DNA of 63,876 bases, filler included, from Dehalococcoidia bacterium (lineage in GTDB: Bacteria > Chloroflexota > Dehalococcoidia > DSTF01 > RBG-16-68-14): the NCBI GenBank assembly GCA_040882355.1. It is 3 parts of 3 records of this genome, joined end to end, with 100 filler letters (N's around TTAATTAATTAA, not from the genome) between each part and the next. Parts side by side here need not be neighbours in the genome. Positions count along the whole stretch, not along the records: positions 49,933 to 63,876 come from JBBEBM010000061.1; 2 more parts are not named here. One strand, 5' to 3'. Of the stretch, positions 59,250-63,876 are shown piece by piece (positions within the stretch are counted from its first letter, which is position 1; each line of letters opens with the position of its first letter). A program made the translations under genes and the position numbers. The notes under the pieces were generated by a model that saw only the letters and a list, made by a program, of their open reading frames with translations, did not search any database and had not been told where the DNA came from.

Positions 59250-59714
59250 CGGCGACCTTCAGGTCGCCACCTGCGGACGTCGCGAGCACACGCCTCATCT
59301 CCTGGAAGCTGCGGGATTCATCCCGCAGACGCGCCGGTGGGTCTTGCGCTGCTGCCGCCGCTACCGCCTGCCCGAGCCGACCCGCCTCGCCCACCACGCC
59401 GCCGCCGGCCGCCTACCTCCCACGACAACGCCGACTCGGTAGCGGCGACCTTCAGGTCGCCACCTGCGGACGTCGCGAGCACACGCCTCATCTCCTGGAA
59501 GCTGCGGGATTCATCCCGCAGACGCGCCGGTGGGTCTTGCGCTGCTGCCGCCGCTACCGCCTGCCCGAGCCGACCCGCCTCGCCCACCACGCCGCCGCCG
59601 GCCGCCTACCTCCCACGACAACGCCGACTCGGTAGCGGCGACCTTCAGGTCGCCACCTGCGGACGTCGCGAGCACACGCCTCATCTCCTGGAAGCTGCAG
59701 GATTCATCCCGCAG
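59145..59714 (+). repeat. 193 bp tandem repeat x3 containing the nfi 3' end plus two REP-like hairpins
   Basis: Units begin 59145, 59338, 59531; marker cccacgacaacgccgactcggtag at 59226, 59419, 59612. Confidence 0.95.
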
Positions 59715-59766
59715 TACCGCCCCAAACGTGAACGCAACCGCCCATCTGTTGTACAGTGAAAGTGCT

Positions 59767-60874
59767 ATGGATGACCTGAAGCACCACATCGCAGACCTCT
59801 CCGCCCGCATCAGCCACGTGCTGGTGCGTCTTTGACATCGCCGCACTAGAACAGGAAGCGCAGCGCCTCGAAGAGGAGTCGGCCAAGCCCGGCCTCTGGG
59901 ACGACTCCCAGTCCGCCCAGGCCACGATGAAGCGGCTGGCCGACGTCACCTCCACCATCGAGACCTGGCGCGGCCTGGAGCGCCGCGTCGCCGACTTGCG
60001 TGAGCTCGTCGAGCTGGCGGAGGGCGAGGACGAGAGCGCCCTCACCGCCGACCTCGAGCGCGAGGTGGAGGAGGTCGCGGGTCGCCTTGAAAAGCTCGAA
60101 CTCGAGCTCACCTTCGCCGGGCCGTACGACGCCCGCGACGCCATCGTCGCGATCCACGCGGGCGCCGGCGGCACCGAGTCGCAGGACTGGGCGGAGATGC
60201 TGCTTCGCATGTACCTGCGCTGGGCGGAACGGCGCGGCCTCCAGACCGAGGTGCTCGACATGATGCCCGGCGAAGAGGCGGGCATCAAGAGCGTCACGCT
60301 CGAGATGCGCGGCCGCCTCGCCTACGGCTACCTGAAGTCGGAGCGCGGCGTGCACCGCCTCGTCCGTCTCTCGCCCTTCGACGCCGATCACGCCCGCCAC
60401 ACGTCGTTCGCCCTCGTCGAGGTGCTGCCTGAGGCCGAAAGCATGGCCGAGGTGAAGATCGACCCCGAGGAGCTGCGCGTTGATGTCTTCCGCGCCAGCG
60501 GCCACGGCGGCCAGAACGTGCAGAAGAACTCCACGGCCATCCGCATCACGCACCTGCCCACCGGCCTCGTCGTCACCTGCCAGAACGAGCGCTCGCAGCA
60601 CCGCAACAAGGAGAGTGCGATGCGCGTGCTGGAGGCGCGTCTGCTGGAGAAGGAGCTGGAGCGCCACGCAGAGGAACGCACCCGGCTCAAGGGCGAGCAC
60701 GTCGCGGCCGGCTGGGGCAACCAGATCCGCAGCTACGTGCTGCACCCGTACAAGATGGTGAAGGACCATCGCACCGACTTCGAGACGAGCGACGCGGAGT
60801 CGGTGCTCGAAGGCGATCTCGACCCGTTCATGACCGCGTACCTGAAATCGAAGATGGGCTCGAACGGCGCATGA
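59767..60874 (+). CDS. prfB: Peptide chain release factor 2 with programmed +1 frameshift
   Basis: MDDLKHHIADLSARISHVLVRL then CTT TGA C at 59830-59836, +1 frame continues DIAALEQE; SPF and GGQ motifs. Confidence 0.97.
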
Positions 60875-62172
60875 GGCTAATCGAAGCACGAACGGGGCGC
60901 GTCTCGCGGCGCTGGGTGCCGCTCGTTGTCGCGACGCTTGCCCTCCTCGCCGCCCTCGCCTCCCTCACCACCGCCTCCGCCCAGGTCGACGTGCGCGCGA
61001 GCAACGCGACGAGCGACTTCCCGAACGGCGTCTCCTTCACCCTCGACGCCTCGGTGCCCGGCGGCGCCGACGAGGTGCGCCTCATCTACCAGATCCTCCC
61101 CGACGGCGTGCGCGCCACCGCCGTCCCCGACTGCACCGGCGCCACGGCCATCGGATGCAACTACCAGCTTGCCAGCAACCAGCAGAACTTCCTCATCCCC
61201 GGCGCCGAGATTGAGTACTTCTGGCGCATCACGACCGGCGATCAGACGGAGGAGACCGACGCCCAGCGCGTCGCCTACGAGGACGACCGCTTCGACTGGC
61301 AGACGATCGCCGACGGCAACCTGACGCTCTGGTACTACGATGCCGGCGACGACGAAGCGCAGCGCATCCTCGCCGCCGGACGCGAGAGCCTCGACCGCAA
61401 CAGCGCCCTGCTGCAGACGACCGTCGACTTCCCGGTGAAGATCTTCTACTACGCCTCCGCAGAGGAGATGCAGCCCGCGATCATCAGCAGCGGCGCCGAG
61501 GGCGTCGTCACCCTGGGCGAGGTCGTCTACTCTGACACCGCCATGGTCTCGGCCGACTTCGCGCCGGAGGAGATCACGCGCCACGAGATCGCCCACGTCG
61601 TCGTCCGTCAGGCCGTCCGGGAGCCCTACGACGTGCCAGCCTGGCTGAACGAAGGCACCGCCGTGTTCGCCCAGAGCGAGCCTTCACGCGAGCAGCGCGG
61701 CGCCGTCGAGAACGCTATCGCCAGCGGCGACGTGCTCTCGGTGCGCAGCCTCAGCTCGTTGAGCAACGTGGCGCTGGCAAACCGCGTGTCGCTCTTCTAC
61801 GGCGAGTCGTGGAGCCTCGTCAGCTTCCTCGTCGAGACCTACGGCGAGGAGCAGTTCGCGCAGCTCTTCGCGGCCTACGCCGGCGGCGCCACGACGGCGG
61901 ACGCCCTCGACCAGGTCTACGGCTTCAACCAGGACGGCCTGGAGAACGCCTGGCGCGCGAGCGTCGGCCTGCCGCCCCGCGCCGCCCCCACCCCCGACGA
62001 AGCGCAGGTCGAGACGCCCGCCGTCACCACCCCCGAAGGCACCGCCGCGTCCGGCTCCGACGGCGACGACGGCGCGCCCATCGCCCTCCTCGCCGGCATC
62101 GGCGTCCTCACCATCCTCCTCGCGGGCGCCCTCCTCGCCACCGGCGTCCTCCTGGCGAGGCGGTATCGCTAA
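60871..62172 (+). CDS. Peptidase MA-like zinc metallopeptidase, secreted and C-terminally anchored
   Basis: Signal peptide, FP.G..F, HEIAH...P.WLNEG.A, Y.ES.S.V.FL, C-terminal TM + RRYR. Confidence 0.88.
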   Translation: MRLIEARTGRVSRRWVPLVVATLALLAALASLTTASAQVDVRASNATSDFPNGVSFTLDASVPGGADEVRLIYQILPDGVRATAVPDCTGATAIGCNYQLASNQQNFLIPGAEIEYFWRITTGDQTEETDAQRVAYEDDRFDWQTIADGNLTLWYYDAGDDEAQRILAAGRESLDRNSALLQTTVDFPVKIFYYASAEEMQPAIISSGAEGVVTLGEVVYSDTAMVSADFAPEEITRHEIAHVVVRQAVREPYDVPAWLNEGTAVFAQSEPSREQRGAVENAIASGDVLSVRSLSSLSNVALANRVSLFYGESWSLVSFLVETYGEEQFAQLFAAYAGGATTADALDQVYGFNQDGLENAWRASVGLPPRAAPTPDEAQVETPAVTTPEGTAASGSDGDDGAPIALLAGIGVLTILLAGALLATGVLLARRYR

Positions 62173-62180
62173 CTTTCCTC

Positions 62181-62392
62181 CGCGGGTCAGCCTTTAGGCT
62201 GACGCGAAGCATGCCTCACCCAACCCCGCGGGTCAGCCTTCAGCCTGACGCGCAGCATGCCTCACCCAACCCCGCGGGTCAGCCTTCAGCCTGACGCGCA
62301 ACGGCCGCAGCGCACTGTAACCCCCTCACCCCTGCCTGCCGGCTTCCTCCTTCGGCTCCGCTCAGGACAGGCCTCTCCCTTGGGGAGAGGGG
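62181..62392. repeat. Repeat mosaic: 46 bp tandem (x2.6) with hairpins plus nested palindromic elements
   Basis: cgcgggtcagcct..gctgacgcg at 62181, 62227, 62273; cccctcacccc...cctctccc..ggagagggg enclosing ccttcggctccgctcaggacagg. Confidence 0.85.
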
Positions 62393-62486
62393 CGAATGAG
62401 CACCGCCTCACACGAACGCGAGACGCGGGGTGAGGACGACGGGCGTCCTGCTGGCGAGGCGGTACCGCTGACCCGCGCCTGACACC

Positions 62487-62514
62487 TTGACAAGCGCGGC
62501 GGCGGCGCTATACT
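62487..62514 (+). promoter_or_regulatory. Sigma70-type promoter
   Basis: TTGACA-16 nt-TATACT upstream of the ORF at 62592. Confidence 0.75.
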
Positions 62515-62591
62515 AGGGCCGACTGGTGGCCCTCGTTTCCGTCAAGCGTTGCCCCCGCCCAACCTTGGCGACACCGTGAAAGGAGACCACG

Positions 62592-63876
62592 GTGCCCTGG
62601 CGTATGCTTCTCTCTCACCGCAGGCGGGTGCTGCTCGCCCTGTGCCTCGTTGCCATGGCTGCGGGCCTTCTCGCGTGGCGCCTGAGCGGGTCAGAGCCCG
62701 CTCAAGCGGCAGGAACTGGAGCCGACCTATCGATGGAGGTCGTCGGCGTCCCTGGCTGCGATACGAATCAAAATCCGCCGACCGCGTCGTGCAACGCGCC
62801 AGGCGGTACCTTCACAATCCGCGTGCGACTGAACGCTATCTCTGGGCTGATCGACAACGATCATGACGGAGCGGCGGGCTATACCGGCGCTCAGGCACGG
62901 CTCAATTTCTCCGCGGGCCTGACCTTTCGTGAAGGGCGGGCGCTCGGAGTCTGGCCGGACTGTGTCGACTCGCAGTCCCTCCTGACACCCGGCTCGTTCC
63001 TCATAGGCTGTGTAACGGGGTTCGGTGTACCTGAATCGTCGTTCCTTGGCCCCATCTTCGAAGTTGACTTCGACTGCCCTGAAACGCCGGGCGTGGCCCA
63101 GATAGGCATGCCGCTTAGCGGTCCGACATCGGAGAGCCATGTGATAGATGATGTGTTCAATCCGGTCCTGGACAAAGGGCCCAGTCCAGAAACGTTGACC
63201 ATCACATGTACCGAGCCTCCGCCCCCCCCACCCCCTCCTCCAATCTCGGGCGGTATGGCTGTGGACTGCAATGCTGTGGCCCCAGGCATTCAGAGCCATT
63301 GCATCTATGGCGTTGGCACCCAGTTTGACATCCAGATTCACCTTACTGAGCCGCCAACCAGCGGTTTCGTGCAATTCGGAATGCGCCTAGGCTGGCAGAA
63401 CCCTCCGTTGGATTACCTTCCTGCATCCAATCCTGCAGACGAGGCCCTGTGGCCGCACTGTCAACTTCCGAGCCGAATCTTGCCGGCAGCCGATTCTGTT
63501 GAGTTCGGGTGTGTGGCAGTGGCCCTACCTGCTGGTGATACGACGACAGGGCCCATCCTGCGGTTCCGGTTCCAATGCACGGGCGAAGGACAAGCGCAAC
63601 TGAGTCTGGTGGACGGAAATACATTTCTCGACACCGCTGCAGGTCTGATTGTGACGCCTGAGCTTTCCGGCGCCACTGTCATCTGCACGTCGATCCCCTT
63701 CAACCTCAAGAACCCCGTGCTTGCGAACCTGTTCCTGACGGCCCAGGGTTCCAAGCTGCCGCCGAGCACTTGCGCCGCGAGCACGAACGTACAGACGTAC
63801 TCGCACACGATCAGCAACGCTCCGACGACAGCCGACCCGAAGGACCCGTCTTTGATCCAGCAGATCGGTGGATTCG
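62592..63876 (+). CDS. Large secreted surface protein with repeated Cys-containing beta-sandwich (cohesin-like) domains; runs off right edge
   Basis: AGGAG RBS, GTG; manual translation MPWRMLLSHRRRVLLALCLVAMAAGLL..AQA; two related domains (WP.C...GCV....G.I...F.C) joined by poly-Pro; absent from ORF track because it has no stop. Confidence 0.8.
   Translation, partial: MPWRMLLSHRRRVLLALCLVAMAAGLLAWRLSGSEPAQAAGTGADLSMEVVGVPGCDTNQNPPTASCNAPGGTFTIRVRLNAISGLIDNDHDGAAGYTGAQARLNFSAGLTFREGRALGVWPDCVDSQSLLTPGSFLIGCVTGFGVPESSFLGPIFEVDFDCPETPGVAQIGMPLSGPTSESHVIDDVFNPVLDKGPSPETLTITCTEPPPPPPPPPISGGMAVDCNAVAPGIQSHCIYGVGTQFDIQIHLTEPPTSGFVQFGMRLGWQNPPLDYLPASNPADEALWPHCQLPSRILPAADSVEFGCVAVALPAGDTTTGPILRFRFQCTGEGQAQLSLVDGNTFLDTAAGLIVTPELSGATVICTSIPFNLKNPVLANLFLTAQGSKLPPSTCAASTNVQTYSHTISNAPTTADPKDPSLIQQIGGF

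Noticed and set aside
59145..59714. CRISPR array
   Set aside because: Whole 193 bp units repeat with no unique spacers, and there are no cas genes
59833..59835. Pseudogene or selenocysteine TGA in prfB
   Set aside because: Canonical CTT-TGA-C programmed +1 frameshift
1330..61596. Numerous long antisense or off-frame ORFs (e.g. 1330-2277, 14969-16600, 38765-39835, 59846-60889)
   Set aside because: Shadow ORFs expected in high-GC DNA overlapping well-supported genes
62181..62300. Mini-CRISPR
   Set aside because: Sequences between the hairpins are identical, so this is a 46 bp tandem repeat

Overview
High-GC bacterial sequence, most consistent with a Chloroflexota (Dehalococcoidia-like) genome bin. 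This is inferred from gene content: DUF6391, peptidase MA, rplU-rpmA-rpmE-DUF1385 and a bacterial archaellin. The window is three contigs joined by artificial N/TTAATTAATTAA linkers (25620-25719, 49833-49932), so adjacency across those joins is not biological. Contig 1 carries a phnWX phosphonate operon, two TolB/PD40 surface proteins sharing a C-terminal SVGG-TM-basic tail, P450/ferredoxin, a PNPOx-MenA fusion, and a 6.8 kb integrase-less islet bracketed by tRNA-Arg(TCT) and a copy of its 3' part. Contig 2 carries an archaeal-type flagellin, a GT87, a MITE, a three-gene phage tail-like module, a GxxExxY nuclease gene framed by phased CACAGAT inverted repeats, and nagA/nagB. It also has a tandem array of four (plus one distal) alpha/beta-hydrolase + class III nucleotide cyclase genes. 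Their hydrolase domains lack a catalytic Ser and are highly divergent, while several cyclase domains are near-identical, making this a candidate variable-sensor cAMP receptor repertoire. Contig 3 is housekeeping (rny, recX, ymdB, ribosomal proteins, nfi, frameshifted prfB). It also has REP-like repeat clusters lying between a gene's 3' end and a mostly synonymously diverged second copy of that end. Small palindromic repeats occur throughout, sometimes supplying stop codons or inserted in frame in proteins. All calls come from reading the sequence; no database searches were run.
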